This document shows positions 19,795 to 29,926 of a stretch of DNA of 64,000 nucleotides, piece after piece. The stretch spans positions 544,001-608,000 of the forward strand of contig CAVOXA010000010.1 of assembly GCA_963700285.1 (NCBI GenBank), given 5' to 3'. This stretch comes from an uncultured Chloroflexia bacterium (GTDB lineage Bacteria; Chloroflexota; Anaerolineae; JAAYZQ01). Made by a program: the position numbers and the translations under genes. Position 1 is the first letter of the stretch, and each line of letters opens with the position of its first letter. Under the pieces are notes generated by a model, which saw only the letters and a list, made by a program, of their open reading frames with translations, did not search any database and had not been told where the DNA came from.

Positions 19795-20337
19795 ATGGGA
19801 GAGAAGCTGGCTGGGGCAGAGCCGACAGCGAATGAGGGTACTAGCCTTGTGCATGAAGCTCTTCCAGCGTGTGCCATCATTGGCCTGGGCAATCCCTTAC
19901 GGGGCGATGATGGCGTGGGAGTGCGTGTGGCCGAGCTCCTGGCCGCACAGCATCTGCCCGGGGACGTGGAAGTAATCGATGGCGGGACGCAAGGGTTGGG
20001 GATTGTGAACCTGATGGAGGGGCGGAAGCGAGTGATCCTGGTGGATGCCGCCAATATCGGCCAGGTCCCCGGCCACTTTGTCCGCTTCACAATGGATGAG
20101 GTGGATTTGCTGGGTGGGCCGGGTGCATTGGGGGATGATCAATACCTGAACGTCCACTACGCTGGCTTGCGCGAAGCACTGCTGTTGGCTCAGGCGCTGG
20201 GTTCTTTGCCCCAGGATGTCGTTATCTTTGGAGTACAACCGGCCAATATCGGATGGGATTGCGCCCTAAGCTCAGAGGTAGAGAAGGCGCTGCCCGGCTT
20301 GATAGATGCCATTCTGACCGAAGTCGCGGTCAGCTAG
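19795..20337 (+). CDS. Hydrogenase maturation endopeptidase (second copy)
   Basis: GLGNPLRGDDGVG, DGG, VDAA and the conserved His. Start position uncertain. Confidence 0.88.
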   Translation: MGEKLAGAEPTANEGTSLVHEALPACAIIGLGNPLRGDDGVGVRVAELLAAQHLPGDVEVIDGGTQGLGIVNLMEGRKRVILVDAANIGQVPGHFVRFTMDEVDLLGGPGALGDDQYLNVHYAGLREALLLAQALGSLPQDVVIFGVQPANIGWDCALSSEVEKALPGLIDAILTEVAVS

Positions 20338-20427
20338 CAAGGAAAGAGGGCGTGGCTGCGGGCTGCGCCTCATCGTACAGCGATGGGCGAATGGCGAGCG
20401 CTGAATGCTCGACGAGGAGGAGATCAC

Positions 20428-20820
20428 ATGGCAAAGATATTGATGATTGACGATGATCCTGATGTCACCTTGGCAGTTCAGATTCCGCTAGAGTCTGTTG
20501 GCTACGAGTTCTACTCTGCCGGCAACAGTGCGGAAGGGTTTGAAAAGATCAAAGAGGTCAATCCTGACCTCATTATCCTCGATGTGATGATGGATACGGC
20601 TACCGAGGGTTTCCACACCTCTCTGGCCCTGCGAGATCCTTCGCCGGATTCCGAGTATGCCGCATACCGCGAGGTTCCCATCTTGATGTTGACGTCGGTT
20701 CATACCACCACCCCGCTCCGCTTTGCGCCTGACGAAGGCTATCTGCCTGTTGATGCTTTCCTGGAAAAGTCGGCTGGCCCGGACGAGATCCTGGCCAAGG
20801 TGGAGGAGCTTCTCAAGTAA
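20428..20820 (+). CDS. Single-domain response regulator
   Basis: IDDD, LIILDVMM, MLTS and FLEK motifs; AGGAGG RBS. Confidence 0.9.
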   Translation: MAKILMIDDDPDVTLAVQIPLESVGYEFYSAGNSAEGFEKIKEVNPDLIILDVMMDTATEGFHTSLALRDPSPDSEYAAYREVPILMLTSVHTTTPLRFAPDEGYLPVDAFLEKSAGPDEILAKVEELLK

Positions 20821-20914
20821 GATCGAGAGTTCCTGTCTGAGCTTCATGGACGAAGGAGAGAGCATCCCTGGATACAGGTACTTTGCCAGATCTGGGGGTG
20901 CTTTGTTGGTTTGG

Positions 20915-22783
20915 ATGCAAGAGATCAAGTCATCGTCTGAAGACAAGAGCCATAAGCCTGTCAGCGACAGCCAGACCTTTGCCGATACTGGGAGAACGCT
21001 TGCCGAGCAAGAATTGGTGAGCAGCCTGTCCTGGCTGATTGACTTGCGCTGGTTCGCTGGGATTGGCGTGCTTCTGGGTACTTGGCTGGCCAGCAGCATC
21101 CTGCACCTGCGCGTACCGGTCACCCCCCTCTATGTCTTGGGCATGGGCGTACTGGCTTACAATGCCCTCTTCTGGTGGCTTCTGCGGCGCCTTGGCGCAG
21201 CGACGACTGCTTCCAATGCCACCTATCAGTGGTTTGCCCGATTCCAGATCGGCATCGACTGGCTGGCCATGACACTGCTGGTGTATCTGACCGGGGGCAT
21301 CGAGAGTCCGCTGCTCGTCTTTTTCCTATTCCACATCTTTATTGCCTCCCTGTTGCTTCCACATGATCGTGCCTTCCTATATGTCGCGCTGGCGCCCATC
21401 CTGGTTGGTGGCATCGCTCTGCTTGAGTACCTGGGCGTGCTACCCCACATCTTGATTGTTGAACCGGCGAGCTATGACGATGCGGTCTATGCCGCTTCTG
21501 TTCTCTTTTTCTTTACCGCAGCCACCTACACGATGGCCTATCTTTCGATGACCATAACCAGACGACTGCGCCGCCGCGAGGATGAGTTGGCTGCTCTGTA
21601 TGGAAGTGCCCAGGCGACAACTTCGACGCTCGACCTTCCCGAGGTACTGAACCGGCTGGCCGAGGCGACAACCAAAGCGCTCCGTTGCAAGGCGGCTGCC
21701 ATTCGCCTTCTGGACAATACAGGCAGCGTTCTGGTGATGGAAGGGTCTTATGGTCTGAGTGAGCGTTACAGAGACAAGGCCCCCATTGAGGTAGCCCGTG
21801 CCCGCCTTGACCAGGAAGCCCTATCTGGCAAGACGATCCTCGTCCCTGATACGGCACACGATGACCGCCTGTGCTATCCAGACAAGGTCACGGCTGAGGG
21901 CATTCGCACCATTCTGATCGCGCCACTCACTGGCAAGACGGGGTCCATCGGCGTGCTGCGCGCCTATGGTGGAGCGACCTACCACTTTACGGAGGATGAT
22001 GCAGCCTTCCTGGATGCCATTGCCGCGCAAGGGGCCGTGGCTATCGAGAACGCTCAGGCCTACCAATTGCTCGAAGAGCTGGACGAGAGCAAATCTCAGT
22101 TTGTGCGCATTGTTACCCACGAGCTGCGCTCGCCGGTGCAGGTTGTGATCAGCCTGTTGAATGTACTCGACCGGGGCTTTGTTGGCGACTTGAGTGAAAA
22201 GCAGGCAGATTTGGTTCACCGGGCGCGGAACAGGATCCAATTTCTGCAGACGCTGATCGATGACCTGCTTGACTTGGCAGCGGGCAAAGCGGACGTCCTC
22301 GCCACCACCGAGCGTGGCCTGGTTTCCCTATCCGCTGTGCTGGAAGAGGTACAGGGCCGCTACGAAGCACGGGCGCAGGAGAAGGGACTGGCTCTTCAGG
22401 CAGAGTACCCGGACGAGAATCTGGCAGTTTGGGGGGATCGGGCGGAACTGGATCGCATGCTGAACAACCTGGTCAGCAATGCCATCAAGTACACGGCTCA
22501 GGGCGAGGTACGGCTGTCGTTGGAAAGAAGTGGCGGCGGCGCTCGCATCATGGTCAGCGACACTGGCATCGGCATCCCAGAAGATGCGCTTCCTGACCTG
22601 TTTCAGGAGTTCTTTCGCGCAAAAAACGCCAGGCAGGTCAAGGACTCGGGTACCGGCTTGGGTTTGTCCATTGTCAAAGACCTGGTCGACCGATGCGGGG
22701 GAGAGATCGAGGTGGAAAGTGCCTTGGGGCTGGGCACAACCTTCACCGTCACGCTACCCCTGGCCGAATCGCCGCCGGGTTGA
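20915..22783 (+). CDS. Membrane-bound GAF sensor histidine kinase
   Basis: About 6 TM helices, a GAF domain (AIENA), THELRSP H-box, and NLVSNAIKY, DTGIGI and GTGLGL boxes. Start approximate. Confidence 0.88.
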   Translation: MQEIKSSSEDKSHKPVSDSQTFADTGRTLAEQELVSSLSWLIDLRWFAGIGVLLGTWLASSILHLRVPVTPLYVLGMGVLAYNALFWWLLRRLGAATTASNATYQWFARFQIGIDWLAMTLLVYLTGGIESPLLVFFLFHIFIASLLLPHDRAFLYVALAPILVGGIALLEYLGVLPHILIVEPASYDDAVYAASVLFFFTAATYTMAYLSMTITRRLRRREDELAALYGSAQATTSTLDLPEVLNRLAEATTKALRCKAAAIRLLDNTGSVLVMEGSYGLSERYRDKAPIEVARARLDQEALSGKTILVPDTAHDDRLCYPDKVTAEGIRTILIAPLTGKTGSIGVLRAYGGATYHFTEDDAAFLDAIAAQGAVAIENAQAYQLLEELDESKSQFVRIVTHELRSPVQVVISLLNVLDRGFVGDLSEKQADLVHRARNRIQFLQTLIDDLLDLAAGKADVLATTERGLVSLSAVLEEVQGRYEARAQEKGLALQAEYPDENLAVWGDRAELDRMLNNLVSNAIKYTAQGEVRLSLERSGGGARIMVSDTGIGIPEDALPDLFQEFFRAKNARQVKDSGTGLGLSIVKDLVDRCGGEIEVESALGLGTTFTVTLPLAESPPG

Positions 22784-22791
22784 CGAGCGCC

Positions 22792-24702
22792 ATGAAGCTA
22801 CAGCGCAAGTTCTACCTTGGAATCCTCGTCATTTTCGCGTTGCTGGCAGCGGTCATTGCCATTGTAAGCGTCAAATACGTAAACGACAACACTATCCGCG
22901 AAGCCGAGAACAGGGTAACGATAGACGCCCGGGCTGCCTGGGAAATCTTTGACAGCACACCTGAGCAGATTCGTTCAGCGGCGCAGGTTCTGGCTCGGAG
23001 TTACGTGGTGCGGGACCTGCTTCAGGATGCGGGGAATCAAAAGCTGGCTCAGACGGTCAGGACGGACTTGGAGGCTATCCGGCAAGAGCACAAGATGGAT
23101 ATTCTCAACTTAGTGGCTCCGGATGGTACCGTACTTCTGAGGACACGTTTCCCCTACAACAGAGGCGACAACATCGCCGGCGACCCACTGATCCATCAAG
23201 TGATCTCGACACACCAGAGCGTGGCCGGCAATACTGTCTATGAATTGGACCGGTTGGATGTGGAGGGGCCCGGCCTGGTCGAGCGAGCTTTGGCCATCGA
23301 CCAAGAACCCCGCGGTATGCTGGCCGGCGCCGCTGTACCCGTCATTGAGGATGGACAACTTGTGGGTATCATCCAGATGGGCAACCTACTCAACGGGTCG
23401 ACCGAGATAGTGGACCGTATCCGAGACGCCGTCTTTGCCAACGAGTACTATGGCGGCAAACCGCTGGGGACCACGACCATCTTTATGGATGATTTGAGGA
23501 TCTCAACCAATGTCTTGGACAATGCGGGCCGGCGGGCGTTGGGAACCCGAGTCTCAAGGGAAGTGGCCGAGCACGTCCTGGAGAAGGCGCTTTCGTGGAC
23601 CGGACGGGCCTTTGTCGTTGACAGCTGGTACCTCTCGCAGTATGATCCCATCAGAGACCCCGATGGCCAGATCATCGGGATGTTGTACATTGGGGAGCTG
23701 GAGCAAAAGTACCTAGATCTGCGGACGCGCGCGGTGGCCCTCTATCTTGCCGTCATCCTGGCCGGCATGCTATTGGCCTTTGTCGTGGTCTTTTTTGTGA
23801 CCCGCGGGATCCTGGGACCCATCCGGACCCTATCTGCAGCCACGGAGCGTCTTTCCGGTGGGGATCTGTCATACAGAGTCACGGTACAGAGCAAAGATGA
23901 AATTGGCGACCTGTCCGCTTGCTTTAATGAAATGGCGGCCCAGCTTGAGGGGCAGCGCCGTGAGATCGAGGGCAACCAAAATGAGCTAGAGGCCCTGAAC
24001 CGCAATCTCCTGGCTACGAATCGGAACTACATGGAAATGTTGGGTTTTGTCTCTCACGAACTCAAAAACCCGCTGACATCTGCCATCATGAGCCTTCATA
24101 CAGTCAAGGACGGCTACCTGGGAGAGGTCAATCCAGACCAAGAAAAGAGTCTCGAATCCACAGCCCAGAGCCTGAACTATTTTCAGGACATGATCAAGAA
24201 CTACCTGGACCTGTCTCGTCTGGAAAAGGGTGAACTTGAGGTCAACAAGACCCAGGTTCGACCCTGGACGGGCATCATCGTTCCGGTCATCGAAGGGCTG
24301 TGGCAAGAGTTGGAGAAGCGACAGATGCTCGTGGAGAATCGCATCCCAGAGGACTTGGAAGTCTTTGCCGACGACCATCTTCTGAGGATCGTCTATGACA
24401 ACCTGCTCTCCAACGCTGTCAAGTACGGCCTTGAGGGCGGCACGATTCTGCTTGATGCGCAGGAAGGGACGGATCGGGTGACTCTGGGCGTTCGCAACGA
24501 CAGCATCGGCATTCCCTCAGAGAAGATGTCCTTGCTCTTTAGGAAATTCAGCTCCCTGGAAACCCCAGACTATCGTGGCCAACGCGGGACCGGCCTGGGC
24601 CTGTACATCTGCAAGGAAATTGTTGAAGCGCAAGGGGGAGAGATATGGGCTGACTCTCAAATGGGAGAGTGGGTCAAGTTTGACTTTACGTTGCCAAAGT
24701 AG
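22792..24702 (+). CDS. Cache/HAMP sensor histidine kinase
   Basis: TM, extracellular Cache region (TIF...RISTNV, YDPIRD...IGMLYIG), TM, HAMP (DEIGDL..FNEM), SHELKNP and GTGLGL. Confidence 0.9.
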   Translation: MKLQRKFYLGILVIFALLAAVIAIVSVKYVNDNTIREAENRVTIDARAAWEIFDSTPEQIRSAAQVLARSYVVRDLLQDAGNQKLAQTVRTDLEAIRQEHKMDILNLVAPDGTVLLRTRFPYNRGDNIAGDPLIHQVISTHQSVAGNTVYELDRLDVEGPGLVERALAIDQEPRGMLAGAAVPVIEDGQLVGIIQMGNLLNGSTEIVDRIRDAVFANEYYGGKPLGTTTIFMDDLRISTNVLDNAGRRALGTRVSREVAEHVLEKALSWTGRAFVVDSWYLSQYDPIRDPDGQIIGMLYIGELEQKYLDLRTRAVALYLAVILAGMLLAFVVVFFVTRGILGPIRTLSAATERLSGGDLSYRVTVQSKDEIGDLSACFNEMAAQLEGQRREIEGNQNELEALNRNLLATNRNYMEMLGFVSHELKNPLTSAIMSLHTVKDGYLGEVNPDQEKSLESTAQSLNYFQDMIKNYLDLSRLEKGELEVNKTQVRPWTGIIVPVIEGLWQELEKRQMLVENRIPEDLEVFADDHLLRIVYDNLLSNAVKYGLEGGTILLDAQEGTDRVTLGVRNDSIGIPSEKMSLLFRKFSSLETPDYRGQRGTGLGLYICKEIVEAQGGEIWADSQMGEWVKFDFTLPK

Positions 24703-24729
24703 ATCAAGTCTGAACAAGGAGTTAAAAGC

Positions 24730-25134
24730 ATGACTGAGAAACAGCGTATATTGGTCGTTGATGACGACGTACAACTGGTCGACACCGTAGAAACTCTGTT
24801 GGAGCGAGTGGGCTATCAGGTCTCCCATGCCTACCAGGCCGAGAAGGGGCTGGAGCTGGCCCGAGAGGTGAGACCGGACCTGATCCTGCTCGATATCATG
24901 TTTGCCGGCCCGCCGGGACCTGATGGCATTGAAATCTCTAGGCAGCTCCATCAGGATCCGGATCTGAAGGACACACCGGTCATCATTCTTTCTGGCGTCA
25001 AGAAAGTGCTGGATATGCCGGTAAAGCTTGCCCCGGATGAGGACTATATGCCGGTAAAGTCCTTTCTGGAAAAGCCCTTCACGCCGGACCAGTTGTTGGC
25101 GGCTATCGAGGAGGTTCTAGGGCCACGTAGCTAG
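24730..25134 (+). CDS. Single-domain response regulator
   Basis: LVVDDD, LILLDIM, ILSG and FLEKP motifs. Confidence 0.9.
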   Translation: MTEKQRILVVDDDVQLVDTVETLLERVGYQVSHAYQAEKGLELAREVRPDLILLDIMFAGPPGPDGIEISRQLHQDPDLKDTPVIILSGVKKVLDMPVKLAPDEDYMPVKSFLEKPFTPDQLLAAIEEVLGPRS

Positions 25135-25732
25135 CCAATGGAAGCCTGTCTGGCTTTCATGATATGATGTTCGAGCATGCTGTGCAGCATAGGATTCTTA
25201 GCCCTGCCTGAAGGGCCCCTTGCCGAACCAGCACTGGGTTCACCTGTAGCTGTGGTTACTTCGTGGCGTACATGGGTTCTCCTGTCAAGAGGCAGAGAGC
25301 GCAGTTTCCTGCCCTGGGATCTGCGCTCTCTTTTTCCAGCCCAAAGATGTGCCGTACTGGAGAAAGCCCAACCAGTTGAGTGTCATAGGGGGATCTTGCC
25401 TGCTGTTCGTTGGCCCTGCAACCCCCTATCCTGTTTGCCTCATATCTACCCGTACCAGCCAACCATACTCTATCCGTACCGGTACTGCAGGGCAGCCACT
25501 GCAAGCATGCCCGCATCCATGATCCAGCATGACTGTTCCTGATGGGGCAATCCGACCTGAAGTTGCCTGCTTGCCGTCATCGGCATGGCAAACCGGACTC
25601 AGTCCTTCTTCAGCCATCCCAAGACAGTTAGGGTTGGATGACGGGCGAAAAGTACACGGGACCAGCATACGGGCAGAGACGCTGGCTCTACGACGGTCCA
25701 TCAGCATCGACATACCAAGGAGAACAGAACCG

Positions 25733-26206
25733 ATGGCAATTCTCACCGGAGACGAAATCATCGAGATCGCGACACGCCTGGAGGAAAGCGGCGAAGCATT
25801 CTACAATTCGGCTGCGGACAAGGCAACTGATGCCGGCGTCAAGGCACTATTCGAAGAACTGGCGATCCAGGAACAGTACCACCGCCAGGCATTCCAGCAG
25901 ATGGGACGCAGGGTGGTAGAACTGGCCCTCTCGCCGGAGCAGTGGGACGAATTCCAGGCCTATACCGGTGCGCTTCTCCAGAATCATTTCTTCACCAGTC
26001 CAGAGAACGCGTTGAGCATTGCGGCTGCGGCCGAGGATGGGCGTGCCGCCTTGCAGGCAGCGTTGGGCTTTGAGAAGGAGACGCTCCTCTTCTTCCACGA
26101 GTTGCGAAACGCAGTCCGCGGTCCTGGTCAGCAGACGGTGGACCGCATCATACAGGAGGAAAAACAGCACGTCCAGCGGCTAACGGGGATGCTGGCGGCA
26201 ACTTGA
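25733..26206 (+). CDS. Ferritin-like (rubrerythrin-type diiron) protein
   Basis: Two E...ExxH repeats (LEESGEAFY/QEQYH and FEKETLLFF/EEKQH). Confidence 0.85.
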   Translation: MAILTGDEIIEIATRLEESGEAFYNSAADKATDAGVKALFEELAIQEQYHRQAFQQMGRRVVELALSPEQWDEFQAYTGALLQNHFFTSPENALSIAAAAEDGRAALQAALGFEKETLLFFHELRNAVRGPGQQTVDRIIQEEKQHVQRLTGMLAAT

Positions 26207-26336
26207 GGCACATTCCCGATGCCCACGCTTTGCCCAAGGACGAATATTGTGCGTCGACGATTCGCGAATGGAATGCGGCAGTATTGTCAGCGCTGCAAAA
26301 AGCGGGCGCCAGGCTTTCACAGAGGAGGATACGAGC

Positions 26337-27200
26337 ATGCCCAGGAGTCTCATCGTCTACTTTTCACAGGGTGGTACGACGGCGCAAGTGGCCGAATCAA
26401 TTGCTTCCGGCCTTCGCAGCCACGGGTATCGGGTAGATCTGCACGATGTCACGGATGGGCAACCGCCGACTCCAGATGGCTATGACCTGTTGGGCATCGG
26501 GACGCCCACCTACTACTTCCGTCCGACCTTTGACGTCTCCGACTATGTGGCGGGCCTGCCCGAACTCGCCGGCATGCCAGCCTTTGCCTTTGTTCTTCAT
26601 GGGACCTATCGCGGCGATGCGGGCAACGCAATACGCCAAGGCCTTTCCCAGAAGGAGGCCAAGGAGGTGGGCTACTTTCACTGTCTGGGGGCTGACTACT
26701 ACTTGGGCTATTTGAACCAGGGATATCTTTTCTCGCCCGACCATCCTACTGTGGAGGAGCTGTCCGAAGCGAGAGAGTTTGGATGCCAGATCGCCCTTCG
26801 GGCTGGAGGTGAGGCGTACGCCAGACCGGAAGATGATCCTTCGCCGGCCCTCATCTACCGCTTCGAGCGGTTTACAACGAGTCGTTGGCTAGTCCAGCAG
26901 ATGTATAGCCGCCTCTTTCGGATAAACAAGAAAAAGTGCACGGCCTGCGGTCTGTGTGTCCAGGAATGCCCCACTGGAAACATCACCGAGGACAGGGAGG
27001 GGCACCCGGTCTGGGGTCGCAATTGCCTACTCTGTCTGTACTGCGAGATGCATTGCCCGGACGAAGCGATCACCTCGCCGGCTAGTTGGCCGCTTTTTAC
27101 GCCTTTCGTCAAGTACAACGTGGGCCATGCGTCACGAGATCCTTCACTGGCCTACGTACGGGTCATGCATGATCAGGGAAAGGTCGATCGACGGTCATGA
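26337..27200 (+). CDS. Flavodoxin-ferredoxin fusion (EFR1-like)
   Basis: YFSQGGTT flavodoxin loop, GTPTY, and C-terminal CTACGLCVQECP and CLLCLYCEMHCP. Confidence 0.88.
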   Translation: MPRSLIVYFSQGGTTAQVAESIASGLRSHGYRVDLHDVTDGQPPTPDGYDLLGIGTPTYYFRPTFDVSDYVAGLPELAGMPAFAFVLHGTYRGDAGNAIRQGLSQKEAKEVGYFHCLGADYYLGYLNQGYLFSPDHPTVEELSEAREFGCQIALRAGGEAYARPEDDPSPALIYRFERFTTSRWLVQQMYSRLFRINKKKCTACGLCVQECPTGNITEDREGHPVWGRNCLLCLYCEMHCPDEAITSPASWPLFTPFVKYNVGHASRDPSLAYVRVMHDQGKVDRRS

Positions 27201-27238
27201 GTCGCTTCCTTGACTAATACGATTGAAATAATCCTTGC

Positions 27239-27255
27239 TGCTGGCACTGCCAGCA
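27239..27255. terminator. Hairpin between convergent genes
   Basis: tgctggca-c-tgccagca inverted repeat between the stops at 27200 and 27267. Confidence 0.4.
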
Positions 27256-27266
27256 CAAAGGGCTAC

Positions 27267-27938
27267 TCACGCCGGGTTCCAGCCAGGCGCCAGCCGGTCT
27301 AACTCTGCCAGCAGGGGGTAAAGATCTGGTTCTTTGAGGACAAAGCTCGCTGCCACGCGTACTCCCTCAGAAGAGGGATTGACCGCGACTCCCATCCGTA
27401 CCCGGCGGAACATATCGATGTCGGAAGTTCCATCGCCCACAGCCAAACACTCCTCTGCTGTCACACCGAATTCGGCCTGCAGCCGGTCCACGACCGGCCC
27501 CTTACCACCCTCCGGGACATGCGCCAGCGCTTCACCACTGACCAGACCGTCCTCAAAGAGGATCTCATTGGCTACGATGCAGTCGATGCCCAGATCCAAC
27601 TGGACCTGTTCTGCATGAATTCGCAGCCCGGTGCTCACCACAGCCACCCAGACGCCCGTGCGCTTTAGCGCGGCAACTATCTCCCGGGCGCCGGGTAGGT
27701 AGGGGTTCTGGCGGAAGGCGGACTCGACCACCGTCCGCTTCACCCCTCTCCAGAGTGAGGCATCGAGACGGAGCCAGCCTTCGTAGTCCAGTTCTCCGCT
27801 CAATCCCGCGTGCGTGAAGGCCTGGGCGGTTTCCCAAGTCCCAAGCTTCTTGTGAAGGTAAACGTAGGGATCCGGGGCCTGCTTGAGCGTCCCATCCAGG
27901 TCAAAAACAGCCAAGCGAAGTGGCATTTGGCCTCCCAT
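27267..27938 (-). CDS. HAD-superfamily phosphatase (SerB-like, subfamily IB)
   Basis: FDLDGTL, VSTG, conserved Lys and GDGTSD motifs. Confidence 0.85.
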   Translation of the reverse strand: MGGQMPLRLAVFDLDGTLKQAPDPYVYLHKKLGTWETAQAFTHAGLSGELDYEGWLRLDASLWRGVKRTVVESAFRQNPYLPGAREIVAALKRTGVWVAVVSTGLRIHAEQVQLDLGIDCIVANEILFEDGLVSGEALAHVPEGGKGPVVDRLQAEFGVTAEECLAVGDGTSDIDMFRRVRMGVAVNPSSEGVRVAASFVLKEPDLYPLLAELDRLAPGWNPA

Positions 27939-27941
27939 GCA

Positions 27942-27982
27942 GCAGGCTCCTGCACCTTGCCACGTGCCTTGCAGGAGCCTGC
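27942..27982. repeat. 13-bp inverted repeat between pepA and the HAD gene
   Basis: gcaggctcctgca (27942-27954) pairs with tgcaggagcctgc (27970-27982). Confidence 0.6.
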
Positions 27983-28008
27983 ACCGCTACCAGTGTGCTG
28001 GATGCGAG

Positions 28009-29535
28009 TCAGCCCGCTGAAACCCAATCGCGCAAGAATTGGACCAACAGCCGTACACCGAAACCGGTACCGCCTTTGCCCAGATAGGCCGGGCGCTTGG
28101 GCGAGCCGCCGGCTTCCTCAAATGACATACCGGCGATGTCCAGGTGCGCCCAGGGATAGCCTTCGGCAAACTGCTTGAGAAAGATGGCCGAAGCTCCTAC
28201 GCCGCCCGTGCGTCCGCCGCTGTTGGCCAGGTCGGCGGTCAGGCTCTCAATTTTGGCCAGGTAGTCATCATAGAGTGGCATGCGCCACAGGCGCTCGCCG
28301 CTAGTTTGGCTGGCCGTTTGCAGACGGGCCGCCAGCTCGTCGTCGGTACTGAACATACCGGCGGCGATCCCAGCACCCAGGGCAACCACGCAGGCACCCG
28401 TGAGCGTTGCCAGATCCACCACAGCCTTGGGCTCAAAGCGTGCGGCGTAGGCCAGGGCATCGGCCAGGACCAGCCTTCCCTCGGCGTCAGTGCTGATGAT
28501 CTCGATGGTCTTCCCATTCATGGCTGTCAGCACGTCGCCGGGCTTGTAGGCGCGAGCGCCGGGCATATTCTCCGTGGCTGGCACCAACCCCACGACGTGC
28601 AGTGGCAGGTCGAGCTGGCCTACCGCTGCCATGGTGGCCAATACTGCCGCAGCTCCGGCCATGTCGCCCCGCATGCGCTCCATCCCTTGTACTGGCTTCA
28701 GCGAGATCCCACCAGTATCAAAGGTGATGCCCTTGCCCGCCAGTACAATCGTGTCCAGATCTTCCCGGCTGGGATTGTATTCCATCACAATAAAGGCTGC
28801 AGCTTCGTCGCTGCCCTGGGCGACCCCCAAGAACGAGCCCATCTTGAGTTCGCTCGCATCTTCTTCGTTGAGCACCTGGCAGCGCATGTGGTCGAACTCG
28901 CCGGCGATCTCGAGCGCCAACTCGGCCAGGTCACTGGGGGTAGCATAGTTGGCCGGGCGATTCACCAGGTCGCGGGCCAGGCAGGCTGCTTCGGCCACGA
29001 CTTGGCCCACCTGCGCCCCGGATTCGACCTCCGGTATCTTGGCCGGGTCGAACTGGACCAACGTGAACTGCTCTGGGTCCGTCCGGTCCGGAGGTTTGTT
29101 CTTCAGTTCTTGGTAGCGGTAAAGGCCCAAGATTGTGCCCTCTACCACTGCTTGGGCTGCAGCTTGCGCCGGAAAACCTCCAGCGCCTCCGCCATGAACG
29201 ATACTGCTGAACGAGGAAACTCCTAGATCTCGGGCTCTTTGGGCGGCACTTGCTGCCGCTGAGCGCACGGCCTCTAGCGAGAACCCCGCCTGCGGCCCGA
29301 GGCCCACCACCAGTACCCGCCGGGCAGGGATGGCACCGCGTGGGTAAAAGACCGTTGTCTCACCCTTCTTGCCGCGGCAATCCCCGGCGACGATGGCCTC
29401 ACTGATGGCACCGCCGAGCGCCTTGTCCACAGCGCCGGTAGCGCCGCCCGGCGTTTCAATCTCTTCGAATAGGTTGACAACGATCATCTCATCGTCGGTG
29501 GTCTGGATGCCACCGGCGGTTGTCCGGATTTCCAT
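28009..29535 (-). CDS. pepA: Leucyl aminopeptidase (M17)
   Basis: GKGITFDTGG, DMAG, TDAEGRL, ATLTGA and WAHLDIAG motifs. Confidence 0.95.
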   Translation of the reverse strand: MEIRTTAGGIQTTDDEMIVVNLFEEIETPGGATGAVDKALGGAISEAIVAGDCRGKKGETTVFYPRGAIPARRVLVVGLGPQAGFSLEAVRSAAASAAQRARDLGVSSFSSIVHGGGAGGFPAQAAAQAVVEGTILGLYRYQELKNKPPDRTDPEQFTLVQFDPAKIPEVESGAQVGQVVAEAACLARDLVNRPANYATPSDLAELALEIAGEFDHMRCQVLNEEDASELKMGSFLGVAQGSDEAAAFIVMEYNPSREDLDTIVLAGKGITFDTGGISLKPVQGMERMRGDMAGAAAVLATMAAVGQLDLPLHVVGLVPATENMPGARAYKPGDVLTAMNGKTIEIISTDAEGRLVLADALAYAARFEPKAVVDLATLTGACVVALGAGIAAGMFSTDDELAARLQTASQTSGERLWRMPLYDDYLAKIESLTADLANSGGRTGGVGASAIFLKQFAEGYPWAHLDIAGMSFEEAGGSPKRPAYLGKGGTGFGVRLLVQFLRDWVSAG

Positions 29536-29613
29536 TTTCCTGTCTCCTTCCGACCTTTGTATGCAAGGTAGATACGGCTTCGAGGTCGCATCGCCTTTGT
29601 CCCTTGCCAGCGA

Positions 29614-29823
29614 TTAATCCTCAGCCTCCATCTGTTTTCGCAGGCTGAGGGGTCTCATATCCGTCCACACCTCCTCGATGTAGGCCAGGCATTCTGCCTT
29701 GGTCCCACGCTTGCCGGCTTCCCGCCAGCCCAGCGGGATCTCTCGGTCCACGAACCATATCGAGTACTGCTCTTCGTGGTTGACGACCACGATGTAAGTC
29801 CTGGTGTCCTCCTCATCGTACAT
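29614..29823 (-). CDS. mbtH: MbtH-like NRPS accessory protein
   Basis: [11 protein letters not shown]...P.GW...[18 protein letters not shown]; GGAGG RBS. Confidence 0.96.
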   Translation of the reverse strand: MYDEEDTRTYIVVVNHEEQYSIWFVDREIPLGWREAGKRGTKAECLAYIEEVWTDMRPLSLRKQMEAED

Positions 29824-29926
29824 GTTTACGTCTTCCTCCGTTTCGTCATGGTGATTATGCATTCCCAAGGTACTACCATGTCCTCTCTTGTTGGATGATG
29901 AATTGTAGCGGTTGGTTCTCAAATGC

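Noticed and set aside
25140-25730. ORFs in the gap between the response regulator and the ferritin-like gene
   Set aside because: No convincing RBS, codon bias or motifs; treated as intergenic.
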